Below are positions 29,533 to 48,008 of a stretch of DNA of 64,000 nt, piece after piece. Position 1 is the first letter of the stretch; each line of letters begins with the position of its first letter. This DNA comes from the human T2T-CHM13v2.0 reference genome, Homo sapiens. Made by a program: the position numbers and the translations under genes. Under the pieces are notes generated by a model. The model was not told where the DNA came from, made no database searches, and saw only the letters and a program-made list of their open reading frames with translations. The stretch lies in the NCBI RefSeq assembly GCF_009914755.1, contig NC_060931.1. One strand, written 5' to 3'.

Positions 29533-29982
29533 TGATATACTGGGTTGATAATATACCCCCAAATTCAAGTCCATCTGGAACCTCAGGTCACCTTATGTGG
29601 ATAACAGGGTCTTTGCAGATGTAATTAGTTAAAGTGAGGCATACTTGATTAGAGTGCTCCCTAAATCCCCAAGATGGTTGGTATCTTAAGAGGAGAAAAC
29701 ACGGAGACTAAGACAGAGACAGAAGGAAGGAGGCCAAGTGAAGACAGGCAGAGATTGGAATGGAGCATCCACAAGCCAAGGAGTGCTGGGAATTGCCAGC
29801 AATCTCCAAAAAGTAGGGAAGGCAAGGAAGGATTCTCCTCTAGAGCCTTCAGAGGGTGCATGCCCTTGCTGACCCCTTCATTTGGGACTTCTGGCCTCTA
29901 GAACCATGAGAGGATAAATTTCTGTTGTTGTAGTGCCCCCATTTTGTGGTACTTTGCTATGGCAGCCTAGGGAACAGATATT
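29533..29982 (+). mobile_element. MLT1C-like LTR (MaLR)
   Basis: gggtctttgcagatgtaattagttaa, cacaagccaagga, ggcaaggaaggattctcc.ctagagccttcagaggg, gacttctggcctctagaac. Confidence 0.88.
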
Positions 29983-29984
29983 AA

Positions 29985-31260
29985 AGGTCATGGTAGCCAC
30001 TGGGGATTTGACATAGCGAAGTGTCCTGATCTGGGGTATGTTTTTAGAAGGTCATTCTGAATGATGTTTGGAGAATGGATTGCAGAGAGCAGGAGAGATG
30101 TAAGGAGTCCAGTTTGGAGGATAGTGCTAGTAGGAGATGATAGTGATTCCGACTAGGGTGTGCCTAGTGATATGTGCCTAGTGATTTGGCTGTGTCCCCA
30201 CCCAAATCTCATCTTGAATTGTAGCTCTCATAATTCCCATGTGTGAGAGGGACTCAGTGGGTGAAAATTGAATCATGAGGTCAGTTTCCCCCATACTGTT
30301 CTCATGGTAGTGATAAAGTGTCGTAAGATCTGATCGTTTTATAAGGGGAAACCCATTACACTTGACTCTCTAATTCTCTCTTGCCGCTGCCATGTAAGCA
30401 GTGCCTTTTACCTTCTGCCATGACTGTGTGGCCTCCCCAGCCATGTGGAGCTGTGAGTCCATGAAACCTCTTTTATTTTATAAATTACTCAGACTCAGGT
30501 ATGTCTTTATCAGCAACATGAGAAAGAACTAATATACATAGTAAGATGGGAAGAAGTAGAGATTTATGGTGGAGGCCATCAAGGAATACTACTGGGTTTT
30601 AGGTTGCAACATATGGGTGCACGGTAGTGCCATTTACTGAAGTGGTAAAACTGAAAAACAGATTTGGAGGGCTCTTTAAGAATTCTACTTGGGATTTGTT
30701 AAGTTTGATTTGATGTTTAGTCATATATTGGGAGATATCAAATAGATGGTTGAACAATTTATGAATCTGGAGCTTGAGAGAGAGATAGGGGTTGGGAGAT
30801 AGACCTTTGAAGGCATCAACATAGACGTGACCATCAAAGCTGAGATCACTAAGGAGAGAGAGCTGGAGATGTGGCAGCAGCCCAGGAGTGAGTGCTGTGC
30901 CACTCCAAAATTTAGAACGTGGGTAGAGGAGAGAAATTCAGCAAAGGATGTGGAGAAGGAACAACTAATGAAGCAGGTAGAAATCCAGGAAAAAGAAGTG
31001 ACGTGGAAGCCAGAAAAGGAGTGTTCCAGGAGGAAGCAGTGGTTACTGGTGATGAGCGATAGTGAGATGCCAGAATCGTTCAGCAGATTTGGCAACATGA
31101 AGTTCATTGATGACCTCAACAAGGATATTCAACCCTGATTGGGGTTGATTAAGGAGTGAATGGGAGGGAAGAAATGAGAGAGCAAAATGACTACTCTGAT
31201 GAATTTTATTGTGAAAGGGAGAAGAGGCATGCTAGCCTGAGGGCTTTGGGGGGTGGGGGT
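29985..31260 (-). mobile_element. L2 LINE relic interrupted by THE1
   Basis: ggtagtgccatttactga, gaatctggagctt, gatttggcaacatgaagttcattgatgacct. Confidence 0.75.
30168..30538 (+). mobile_element. THE1 solo LTR
   Basis: tttggctgtgtccccacccaaatctcatcttgaattgtagctc...ggtatgtctttatcagca. Confidence 0.92.
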
Positions 31261-31279
31261 CAAAGGAGGTTATTATTAT

Positions 31280-31960
31280 TATTATTGTTCCTTATAAAAT
31301 TCCCATTTTGTCATAACATAAGAGTTACAGAAAAGTTGCAAGAATACTACAAAAAATTCTCTATTTTCTTTATCCAGTTTCCTTAAAGGTTCACATTTTA
31401 CAATATTTATATATCTCCATGTGTATATCTATTTTTTTCTGAATCATTTGAGTGTGAGTTGCAGACATGATGCCCCTTTGTCTCTGAATACTTCAGTGTG
31501 ACCAACCCAAGAACAAGGGCATTCTCTTACATAACCACAGGACAATATGATAGTATTGCCTATCCACATTTCACCAGTTGTCTCAATAATGTCCTTTACA
31601 GAAAAAGAAAGTCCTAGATCATGTATTACATTCATTTATCATGTTTTATTTTGAAACAGCCCTTTAGTCTTTGTCTTTCATGACATTGACATTTTTGAAG
31701 ATGACAGTCCAGTTATTTTTTAAAATGCCTCTTAATTCATATTTGTCCAATATTTCATCAGAATTAGATTCAGAATGTGCTTTTGTGGCAGGAATACTAC
31801 AAAAATGGTGTTGCATCTGTTGCATCTTATCAGGACACACATGAGGGAAAGGAACAGCTAATGAAGAAGGAAAAAATTCAGAAGAATGTAGTGACATAGA
31901 AGCCACTCATTACTTGTCTCATTACTGGTGGTGATAATATTGATTCCTGGGTTAAATGTG
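31280..31960 (-). mobile_element. L1MC-like 3' relic
   Basis: ttacagaaaagttgcaaga, gttgcagacatgatgcccc, aagaacaagggcattctcttacataaccaca. Confidence 0.7.
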
Positions 31961-31961
31961 G

Positions 31962-32374
31962 TGTATTAATCTGTTCTGGCATTGCTATAAAGAAATACCT
32001 CAGGCTGGGTAATTTACAAATAAAAGATGTTTAATTGACTCATGGTGCCACAGGCTATATAGGAAGCATGATGCTGGCATCTGCTGGGCCTCCGGGGAGG
32101 CCTCAGGAAACTTACAATTGTGGCGGAAGATGAAGGGGAAGAAAGGTTTCTCACATGGTGGGAGCAGGATCAAGAGAGAGAGAGAAGGAGGTGCTACACA
32201 CTTTTAAACAACCAGATCTTATGAGAACTCACTCACAGTACCATGGGGGAATGGTGTTAAACCGTAAGAAACTACCCCCATGATCCAGTCACCTCCTAAC
32301 ACACCCTACCTCCAACATCAGGAATTACAATTCAACATGAAATTTGGGTGGGGACACAGACCCGTACTATATCA
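31962..32374 (-). mobile_element. MST solo LTR (MaLR)
   Basis: cattgctataaagaaatacct...ggaggcctcaggaaacttacaat...tatatca. Confidence 0.9.
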
Positions 32375-32409
32375 GATGGTGTCTGCATGGTAGTCAATTA
32401 TGTTTCCTA

Positions 32410-34018
<1,609 letters not shown>

Positions 34019-34145
34019 TGAGGTTGAGAAGATGTGTTGCCTGTTTTCTGAGAGCAGTGTGTATTTCTATCACATGAGGCATTCTGATTTTCTGTTTTCA
34101 CTTTCTTCTCGATATAGTTACTTTGTATATACGGAGTCTGCTTCC

Positions 34146-35247
<1,102 letters not shown>

Positions 35248-35321
35248 AGTGGGAGTGTTTTTTGTGTGTGTTTGCGATAGGGAATATGTTGTGTCATCTG
35301 GCCTCTGGGTTTTCTCTTATT

Positions 35322-35648
35322 TAGGGACCCCCAACCCACAGGCCATGGACTGGTACGAGTTTGTGGCCTGTTAGGAACTGGGACGCACTGCAGGAAGTGA
35401 GTGGCAGGCAAGTGAGCATGACCGCCTGAGTGCCACCTCCTGCCAGATCAGCGGCAGCATTAGATTCTCATAGGAGCGCGAACCCTATTGTGAACTGTGC
35501 ATGCATTGCACGCTCCTTATGAAAATTTAATACCTTACGATCTGAGGTGGAGCAGTCTCATCCTGAAACCATTCCCCATCCCCCCACACCCTTGGAAAAG
35601 TTGTCTTCCATGAAACTGGCCCCTGGTCTCAAAAAGGTGAGGGACTGC
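35322..35648 (+). mobile_element. MER1B hAT-Charlie DNA transposon
   Basis: ggcctgttaggaac, cagatcagcggcagcattagattctcataggagcgcgaaccctattgtgaactg. Confidence 0.9.
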
Positions 35649-35791
35649 TTTTGAAGAGGACACTAAGTTTTCCCCTTTTGCATATTTTCCCATTCACCAC
35701 TCAGTGTTTAAAGGCTGCCTCCCCATACTTTTTAACTTTCTTCTCTCCCAGAAACAATGCCTTGAGTCATGCAGATTTAAAGTCCCGTCTT

Positions 35792-36578
35792 TGGCTAGGT
35801 GCTTACGCCTGTAATTCTAGCACTTTGGGAGGTCAAGGTGGGTGGATCATTTGAGGTCGGGAGTTCGAGACCAGCCTGGCCAACATGGTGAAACTGAGAG
35901 GTGAAGCCTGCTGGACTTACTGGGTTGAGTGGGGACTTGGAGAACTTTTAAGGGGATTGTAAAATGCACCAATCAGCGCCCTGTAGCTAGCATCAGGATT
36001 ATAACATGCACCAATCAGAGCTTTGTAAAATGCACCAATCAGTGCTCTGTAAAACGCATCAATCAGCAGGATCCTAAAAGTAGCCAATCGCAGGGAGGAT
36101 TGAAAAAAGGGCACTCTGATTGGACAGAAATGGAACATGGGAGGGGACAAATAAGGGAATAAAAGCTGGCCACCCCAGCCAGCAGCGGCAACCCGCTCGG
36201 GTCCCCTTCCATGCTGTGGAAGGTTTGTTCTTTGGCTCTTCACAATAAGTCTTGCTGCTGCTCACTTTTTGGGTCGGTGCCACCTTTAAGAGCTATAACA
36301 CTCACCATGAAGATCCGCGGCTCCATTCTTGAAGTCAGCGAGACCACGAGCCCACAGGCGGGAACCAACTGCGGACACAAAACCTCATCTCTACTGAAAA
36401 TACAAAAATTAGCCAGGCATGGTGGCAGGTGCCTGTAATCCCAGCTACTCGGGAGGCTGAAGGGGAGAATCACTTGAACGCCGGAGGCGGAGGTTGTAGT
36501 GAGTCGAGATTGCGCCATTGCACTCCTGCCTGGGCGAGAGAGTAAGATTCTGTCTCAAAAAATAAATAAATAAATAAA
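35792..36578 (+). mobile_element. Alu (S-type) split by an LTR12 insertion
   Basis: Alu breaks at caacatggtgaaac (35894) and resumes at aaacctcatctctact (36380). Confidence 0.92.
35895..36379 (+). mobile_element. ERV9 solo LTR (LTR12F-like), sense to GALNT17
   Basis: TG...CA ends (tgagaggtgaagcc...ggacaca), 4-bp TSD AAAC, repeated gcaccaatcag, gggaataaaagctggcc, cagcggcaacccgctcgggtcccc, ttcttgaagtcagcgagaccacga. Confidence 0.92.
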
Positions 36579-36904
36579 GTTGTTTGTTACAGAACCTGAT
36601 CTTATCTACCAGAGCTCGTTTTCCATATTTTCACACTTAAGCTGAGTTTCCCCTTCTGATGGTTCTTTTAGCTCAGTCCTACTCTTAGCAGCAGCTTCCC
36701 ACTTTCTGGTTCCACAGTTTTCCTAGATTTTCCTTGCGCTCTGTATGAAGGTTTGCAATAGGAGTGGGAGAGAGAAAGCTCACTGGTAGTTTGTGGTTTT
36801 CTACTTTGTTGTAATTTGTTCTTTTAACTGTATTTATTATTATGTTGTAAAACGTGTTCAGAGATATGTGGAACCCAGAATTTTCACTGATTATCATAAG
36901 TTTG

Positions 36905-37997
<1,093 letters not shown>

Positions 37998-38261
37998 GAA
38001 ATGAACGAATAAATAAAAATTCATGATAATCCAATCCAGGGTTGATTTCCGTTTATATTGCTGAAACCATGTAAGGTTTCAACCAGATAAGATGTGGTCT
38101 CCACGATCTCCCCACTTGGTTTTAAGTGGGGAGATACTAGATTGAAGGCTTATGTGGATGGGAATACTTACCTACATCAGTGTAGACAGCTACATTAAAA
38201 TCCCTTGAGGCTCTTATTGAAGTACAGATTCCCAGGTTCCAAGTTTCAAAGAACTGAAGTA

Positions 38262-38328
38262 TTAGGTTGCACTGTATGAAATTGCTATTTGTGGCCAAAT
38301 ATCAACAATCTCACATGATCCAACCAAA
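38262..38328. mobile_element. MADE2-like mariner MITE (degraded)
   Basis: ttaggttg..c..tatgaaattgc...aatatc..caat.tca.atg.t.caacc.aa. Confidence 0.6.
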
Positions 38329-38811
38329 TATGATGAAAATCCCACAGTACTGAAGTAAACCTACTGAATACAATTTGATATCTTAGCTGTTTTATAAGGA
38401 CTTCTAGTGAACTCATTTGTTCAAAAATTCATTCATCCGATCGACCAGATATAAATTATGACTACTAACTCGGATAAGATGTGATCTCTACCATCATAAC
38501 TACTAAATAAAAGGAAAACATGTGATTTCCAGTTCAGATGAGTCACTGAAGCAAGAAACCCAGAAGGAAGAACCAACTTGTGATGAAAAAGTCATTTTCC
38601 AAGTTCCTGGGACTATGGATACCGAACTTCGGTTATCACTTTAATTACTGCAGATATACAAGCCACGACAAACTGGCCTGATCTATATATAATTACAGAC
38701 ACAAGAAATGCTTTGGTTTTACTAAATTTCAGATATCACATTGCCATTGTTCCTCTCTCCTAATAAGAGTGTGTAAATTACAGATACAGATGTTTTTAAA
38801 ACTTTCTGATA

Positions 38812-39130
38812 GCCAGCGGGTGCAGTGGCTCATGCCTGTAATCCCAGTACTTTGGGAGGCCAAGATGGGCAGATCACTTGAGGCCAGGAGTTCAAGACCA
38901 GCCTGGCCAACGTGGCAAAACCCCGTCTCTACTAAAAAAAACCCACAAAAATTAGCTGGGTATGGTGGCGGGTCCCTGTAATCCCAGCTACTTGGGAGGC
39001 AGAGGCACGAGAATTGCTTGAACCCGGGAGGCGGAGGTTGCAGTGAGCCAAGGTCGTGGCACTACACTCCAGTGTGGGTGACAGAACAAGACGCCTTGCT
39101 CCTTAAAAGACGTCCTTAAAAATAATAATA
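38812..39130 (+). mobile_element. Alu (S-type)
   Basis: Full dimer. Confidence 0.92.
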
Positions 39131-39949
39131 ATTTTCTCGTAGCTGTATTTCACATCAAGAAACAAATAATCCTGATAAAACTTATTTGACTAGCTACTTA
39201 TTGGTATCAACAAGCTCTTATTGAATAAATATGTAACTGAATGACATCCTGGAGGCTCATTATTATTATATGAGTTACCCAAAGTTCCCAGAATTTCTGG
39301 TATGCAGTGCTGTAGCCAACAGTGGTCATTCCTATATCTGCTTTTACAGTTTTTACTGTCTATACCAGTTACTCTCAAAACTTCATGGGCATAAGAAACA
39401 CCTGGGGGGGTGTCAATTGAAATACAAAATAAATAAAAAATAAAAAACCACTATCAACAACATTTGAGTCTTGCATTTTACCTGTGATATGGGTGCCTAC
39501 AGACTTTATCAGTGTGCTTCTCATGGGAAGTTTTAGCACTTGAAACCCAGGGACACCATTTCTATTATCTGAGACCGCCTTGAAGGTTTCTTCCCCTTTC
39601 GATATTCCTCTCTGTTCTTTCTCACTAATTCTTGGAAAGTCATCTTCAATTCAGTTCAACAAATACCTATTGTATATTTACTATATAGTAGACACAGAGC
39701 TCAGAGCTTAAGGAATGTGAAAATGCACAAGACCTGCCCCCTGGCTACGAGGAGTTTTTTCATCTAGTAGGAGAAGCATATGTGTCTGGCTATAATACTT
39801 GGCAGAATAAAATAGCTGTGATGTTGAGTTTCGTTGAGTTTTATTTCTATTGCATAGATTGAATGTCTTCAGCTTCAGGTTGCAAATCCTGGTGACTCCA
39901 GCACAATATGTGTTATAAATAGCATTGCATCTTGACTGCAAATGAACTC

Positions 39950-39987
39950 AGAGAGAGAGAGAGAGAGAGACAGAGAGAGAGAGAGAG
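39950..39987. repeat. (GA)n microsatellite
   Basis: Seen directly. Confidence 0.92.
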
Positions 39988-40045
39988 TGGGCAGGCAGGA
40001 AGATAAAAGGTTGAGCACAATTTGGGCGTTTGTTTATGTGATTGA

Positions 40046-40419
<374 letters not shown>

Positions 40420-41116
40420 TTTGTATGAGATTTTGTCTTTGTGACTAAATCACTTCTTTGTGTACAAACTTACATTCTGCCCCTGAGCATGTGTGTTCAT
40501 GCTTAACTGATTCAAAGACTACATTTCCCCCAACATATTACACCAAATGTACTTAACAGCAATTAGAATGTTTGCCGCCTGCTGTGTGCAGATCTCCCCA
40601 GAAAACAAAATTCTCCTAAATGGCAGTATAAGTAATTCTGAAGATTAAAGCTGGTGATTTGCAGAGTGCTTGGTTCGCTGGCTTCCTGCAAATATCAAGA
40701 TTAACAAAGAAATTCATTGATCCCATTTTGCCTCCTTAATGCCTGTGCACAGGCCTAAGGGAACGCATCCCACGTGGCTGTGTGATTCAGATGAAGACTT
40801 GCTGTTGCTTTTTTTCATGGCCAAGATGCTGATTTAGTGGCATTTTTCTTGGCAAAAGTGCCCCAAGAAAACAAATCCATTTGTGTATATTTTTACGGGA
40901 AACGCTCCACCTAACCCTGCCCCGCTGAAAGCCTTCCCCGTGAGTCGTGAAGGAAACATGGCTGATTTGCTACTGTTCAAAGGGCGACTCAGGTCTTGAC
41001 TGAAAGACCGTACACGGGTTGTTTGATGCTGTGTAAATCTCAGCCACGCTGAACACTCCTTTCCCCAACTCTAAATACAGGACCCCTGAACATGTTGCCC
41101 TCCACACCTTCTTCCA

Positions 41117-41484
<368 letters not shown>

Positions 41485-41818
41485 TAGATGGTGTACCCTG
41501 AAATGCACCAGGCACTGGAAAATACAGTGGTGATTGAGAGGCAAAGTCCTTACCCTCAGAGCAGAGCAATCTTTTGCAAACACACGTTGTGTCCTGGTCA
41601 CTCTAGTGAGACCAGCAGCCAATGCCAGCCGCCAGTTTGGCGGCTTTCTCTGGACAGCTCCATCACCCCCATTCCCTTTGATTGAGACCTTTCTGTGTCC
41701 ATGATGATCTCCCCAACTTGGAATTCTGCTCCATTCTCTGATTTCTTCATTCTCCGACTTCAAAACCAGCCTTCTTTAGTATTCCCTTCCAGCAGTTAAG
41801 TAACTTTCGTATAGCTGA

Positions 41819-42388
41819 TATTAAAAAGAAAACCCTAGACAAATTAAATGAAACAGAGTTTAATTGAGCAAAGAAGGATTCGCAGATCGGACAGCCGCGT
41901 GGTGGATAAAGATTTAAGGACAGCAAAAGGAGAGTGGTGGACGGAAAACAGAAGCAAGGTAGAGAAGCAGCTTCTTGATTACAGCTCAGTGTTTGCCTTA
42001 CTTGAGCACAGTTTGAACAGTTGGCCACCTTTGATTGGCCGAAACTCAGTGATTGGCACAAGAATAGGTGACAGTTTGTTTCCATATCCAGTGAGGTTAC
42101 AGTCCACTATTTATGGAGAAACCTTGAGGTTTAACTTAAAGTATGCAAGGAGGCAGCTTTAGGCTAAACTTACATATATACATGTTTTTTTCCATAAGTT
42201 ATTGGGGTACAGGTGGTATTTGGTTACATGAGTAGGTTCTTTAGTGATGATTTGGGTGCACCCATCACCCGAGCAGTATATACAGCACCCTATTTGTAGG
42301 CTTTTATCCCTCACCTCCCCTCCCACTTTTACCACCAAGTCCCCAAAGTCCATTGTATCATTCTTATTAGGCTAAACTTAATTTAACA
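41819..42388 (-). mobile_element. ERV1 solo LTR (MER57-like) interrupted by a short L1
   Basis: Reverse strand begins tgttaaattaagtttagcctaa..agctgcctcctt; gtttgaacagttggcc, gattggccgaaactc. Confidence 0.75.
42173..42366 (-). mobile_element. Severely 5'-truncated L1 (L1PB-like 3' end)
   Basis: ggggtacaggtggtatttggttacatgag...gcacccatcacccgagcagt; 14-bp TSD ttaggctaaactta at 42159-42172 and 42367-42380. Confidence 0.9.
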
Positions 42389-42997
42389 GTAGTTAGTGGC
42401 AGGCCAGAGATTTGAAGTCAGGCCTCAGTACAGATTTGGTGATCTGCCTTCCTCAGTTCTTGGCATGTAGGATCTTGGTGCTCCCACACAGTTTTATCTT
42501 TTCCTTCTCTGAGTGTCCTGGATGGAGTGTCTCGCTTCAGTCCTGGTTTTCACAGGACTCAGTGCCCTCCACCAATATCCTGCTGGGCCTAATTCTGCCT
42601 CTCTTCTGTGAGGTCGTTGTATGGGGTGGGATTCCCAAGGCAACATACCATTTTGCCAGGTAAATGGCATTCCTGGCAATATTCCTTTGGACCAGTGAGG
42701 AAAGTAGAACATTTTATGGGGTAGTGCAGATGTGTGACTAAATATTTTTCATTAGAACCCGTTTTCAATGACTCATTAAAGCAATTTTTAAACCCAGGCA
42801 TGGAGTCAGGGAGCAAAACTGTCTTAGGGAGAAAAGAGGGAGGTATGTCAGGACACTCATTTTGAAGAAGGCATGACTTTGCCTACTAGAGCTTAGCATG
42901 CTTTCTGCTTACAATCCCACCTGCTGGCTGAGTGGAGAGCAAAATTCTTTAAAGATGTAGGAATGTAAGATGAGAGGAACTCATTTGCTGGGGCTGA

Positions 42998-43711
<714 letters not shown>

Positions 43712-43911
43712 AGGAGGAATAGTTTTAATCTGTTGCATCCATCACTCCCTCCACAGCTCAGCATAGTAAGCACTGTATTGAAATGTGCAGATGTCTCCTA
43801 TGATTTCCTGCCAAATTTAATAGTTTTAATAGAGTTTTAAATTCTTTTTTTTTTAATTTAAAGAAAGTATCCAAATGACAGTTGAATATGTTATTTATGA
43901 ATTGTCTAGAT

Positions 43912-44443
43912 CAGCAGTTCCCAGCCTTTTTGGTACCAGGGACTGGTTTCATGGAAGACAATTTTTCTATGAACTGGGGGTGAGGGGTGGGTTGGTTTGG
44001 GGATGATTCAAGCTCATTCCATTGATTGTGCACTTGTTTCTATTATTATTACATTGTAATATATAATAAAATAATTACACAACTCATTACAATGTAGAAT
44101 CATGGGGAGCCCTGAGCTTGTTTTCCTGCAACTAGACGGTCCCATCTGGGGGTGATGGGAGACAGTGACAGATCATCAGGCATTAGATTCTCATAAGGAG
44201 CTCGCAACCTAGATCCCTCGTATGCTCAGTTCACGATAGGGCTTGCACTCTTACGAGAATCTAATGCTGCTGCTGAGCTGACAGGAGGCAGATCTCAGGT
44301 GGTCACGTGAGTAGATGGGGAGAGGCTGTAAATACAGAAGAAGTTTTGCCCACTCTCCTGACGCTCACCTCCTGCTGTGTGACCTGGATTCTAACAGGTC
44401 ACAGACTGGTATTGTTCCGAGGCCTAGGGGTTGGGGACCTGTG
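43912..44443 (-). mobile_element. MER1A hAT-Charlie DNA transposon
   Basis: ctttttggtaccagggactggtttcatggaagacaatttttc...caactagacggtcccatctggggg...; degenerate 8-bp TSD gtctagat/atctaggt. Confidence 0.92.
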
Positions 44444-44475
44444 ATCTAGGTGTATACATAGAAAAAGAAACCCTC

Positions 44476-44808
<333 letters not shown>

Positions 44809-47703
44809 TCAGCAAAGGTGACTACTGTTGGCTGTTTCTTGTGTGTCCTTCTGCTGTTTTCTTATGCATGAATATGTTAGACATGTCCATTTTTAATCTT
44901 GAAAGATTCTGCCGACTTGCTCTCTAAAGGACTCTGCCTGTTTATATGTCACCCAACAGTACATGAGTGGCCTTCCTCACACCTGACTCCCTAGGTAAGA
45001 CCAGTCTTCATTTGTTTTGCCAACCTGAAGGCTAAAAAAATATTTCTTTATAGTTCTTGGATGCCTTTCTTTGACTATTACAGAGGTTGATCATCTCTTC
45101 ATGTATTTATTGAATATGTGGGTTCCTTCTGTTGATTTCTGAGAGACATTTGTTCATATCACTCACTCGGACCGAGACTTTTTGTCTTTTAGTTCATGGA
45201 TTTTCAATACATTTTGTTCTACCTATTGGTGAACTATGTTGTTAGGTATGTATATTCATGACTATTTAATTGTCTCAAGCAATACCTTTGATCAATAAAA
45301 AACATTCCTCTTTGACCCTGGATTCCTTCATGTCTCTTGTAAAACCACTGCCGTAATCTTATCCATCTACTTCTCTTGCCTCTCCTCATCAATACTTCTT
45401 CCTTATAGGCTTCTGAGTATCTTTGTAAAACATCAGTAGGTTCTAGCTGGGTGTTAGCCTGAGGATAAACTGATGAAGGGTATGGGACCAAAAAACATAT
45501 AGGTGGAAACCCCAAATCCCAAGCGCTGGCCATGGGTTTACCTTGACATGTGTGCAGGGGAGGTGGGAAGGGGACAGTCTGGACCACTGGCATTTGGACC
45601 ACACATCATAATGACAGCCGAGAAGGGAACCTATTTGGTATAGACCGAGCTTCCCTTCTGTTTGACATGTTTGTTGGTGGTTTCCAGACAAGTGTCCCTA
45701 ATCTATGTGGTTGTTTGCCTTTAACAGATGGTTCCAGGTTACAGTGGGGCCCCCAATGCCTGAGGCCACCGGGAAATTGAGAAATCAGATCTAGTGAGTT
45801 GCCAATTTCTTTGACTGGTCTCACTAGCCACTGACGAGTCCACCAGCTCCTTTCAAATTTAATTTCAGGGGTCAAATGCCCCCTTCTATTTGGGGCTCTT
45901 CCTATCAGACCAAATGCCTTGTTTGTAGTTCTGATGATTTAGGCTGGAAAACACCGTTTTCTGCCAACGATGCAGTCAGCTGCATAGAACAAGCTGCCAT
46001 TGTTAATTAGGTAAGTTATGTGGTCAAGGAAGTACCTTTTACTGGTGGTCTTTATTCAGAATAAGGAAGAGGGGACTTGTGATGGAGCCACACAGAGAAC
46101 TAGCAGGTCACCAGCCAGAGCACTGGACCCTAGGAGAGGACTTGGGCTCTCTGAGCCAGTTCTGACTGCCCACGGAAGATGTCTCCACACATTCCCCATT
46201 GCTTGGGGCCAAAAGGCAGTGGCAGAATCTCTGGGGCCGTGGGAGGAGCCGAAGAACAGACGTGGGGAGGGGGAGGATTGTGATCTGGGGAAGAGAGCGT
46301 GCACACACGCATCTTGGTTGGACCTGAAGGGATGCTATGTTGTTCTTTGATTAACACACATGCTCTGTGTAATGTCACTTCTCTGGTCTAAAACCCTTGA
46401 CACTGGGACTTCCCATGACTGGAGGATCAAGTCTGAATTTTATAAGGTGGCTTCAGAACACCTGGTACACTGCTGTCTTCTTTTCCTCGCCTCAGTCCCT
46501 TCCTGAAACATCTATTTCAGTTTCTTGGCGGTACATTGTACATTTTCTCTCCTCTGTTTTTATACATGCTATTCATTTTTTTCCTAGAGAGTTTTTCCCG
46601 TCTTCCTGTCTCCCCCTTTGCAGGCCCTCACCTGGAAATTACTTACTCATGCTTCATGACCCAGTTCAAATTTTGTCACCTCTGTGAAACCTTCCCTGGG
46701 CCCCGTTGATCTCCTTGAAGGCAGAAATAAGCTCCCAGAGCAGGATGAACAAACGTCTCTTGTCGCATTTATCCTTCCGTGTCATAATTATGATTTACAT
46801 ATATATTTTTTTCTTAAGGAGCTGTGAGCTTTTCCAGAATAACAGTGAGATTTTAGAAATTTCTGTATCCTCAACACTTTGCTTGCCCATAATTGATGCT
46901 CAGTGTTTGCAAATGTCACAGTTAAGCTAATGTTTCTGGGTGATATAGACATACTTGTTCTTCGGTGTGTTAAGAAGGAAGAAACAGATTTTTAAACTGA
47001 TACAAGATCCATATTAAAATCAAAGGCTAGGCATGGCCCTCCATCAGTGATAAGCATTGAGGCGTATCTATACTGCCCAGTTTCCTCGGGGGTGGGGGGG
47101 GGTGTTCCTCTCTCCTAGCTTTTACCACTGAGATGAAATAAGAATCGGAATTAAATAAAGTCACCATCCTCAGCAAGAGATGAGTTTCTTCTCCAGTGAT
47201 CTGATGTGGCATTTTCAGCCAGGAATGAGATATCCTGGGAGGGGAATCAGTATTTCTACAATTATAGGTTCTTCAATAAGTCCTAGAATACTAGAACTCT
47301 GTGCTCTGCACAACCTACTCTTAGTACACATGACCAGAATGCCTTTTCTCTGTTACATTGATTAATGTATTAAACCAATACTTATCAAGTATCTGGGATG
47401 AGCCTAACCTATGTCAGTAGATATATCAGCCAAAGATTAGTGGTCCCTGACCTCATGGAACCTGTAGGCTAGGGATGCAAAGGGTAAGAGTCAGGAACAA
47501 AGGCTATGGAGAGATTTATTGTTGCTACCCTGAGTTCCTGCCTCATGTATCCACTACCATTTCTATAGCTTCCTCAATAGCCCAAAGTGTGAGGAGTAAA
47601 GTTAATATGGCAGTCTCCAAGTTCGTAGGAGATCTTCCCTGTGGGGTTTTGGAAAGGAAGGCACTGCTAGTTGGAGGAAGGTTGAAAAGAATGAAAACTA
47701 TGT

Positions 47704-48008
47704 GCCAGGCGTGGTGGCTCACGCCTGTAATCCCAGCACTTTGGGAGGCAGAGGTAGGCGGATCACTTGAGTTCTAGAGTTCGAGACCAGCCTGGCCAAT
47801 ATGGAGAAACCCCGTCTCTACTAAAAATACAACAGTTAGCCTGGTGTCATGGCACGCGCCTGTAATCCCAGCTACTCGGGAGGCTGCGACACAAGAATCA
47901 CTTGAACCCAGAGGCGGAGGTTGCAGTGAGCTGAGATCGCACCATTGCGCTCCAGCCTGGGTGACATAGTGAGGCTTTTTGTCAAAAAAAAAAAAAAAAA
48001 AAAAAAAA
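47704..48008 (+). mobile_element. Alu (S-type)
   Basis: Full dimer; TSD aaaactatgt. Confidence 0.93.

Noticed and set aside
35940-36090. Regularly spaced gcaccaatcag repeats resembling an array
   Set aside because: Normal U3 CCAAT repeats of LTR12, not CRISPR or a novel array
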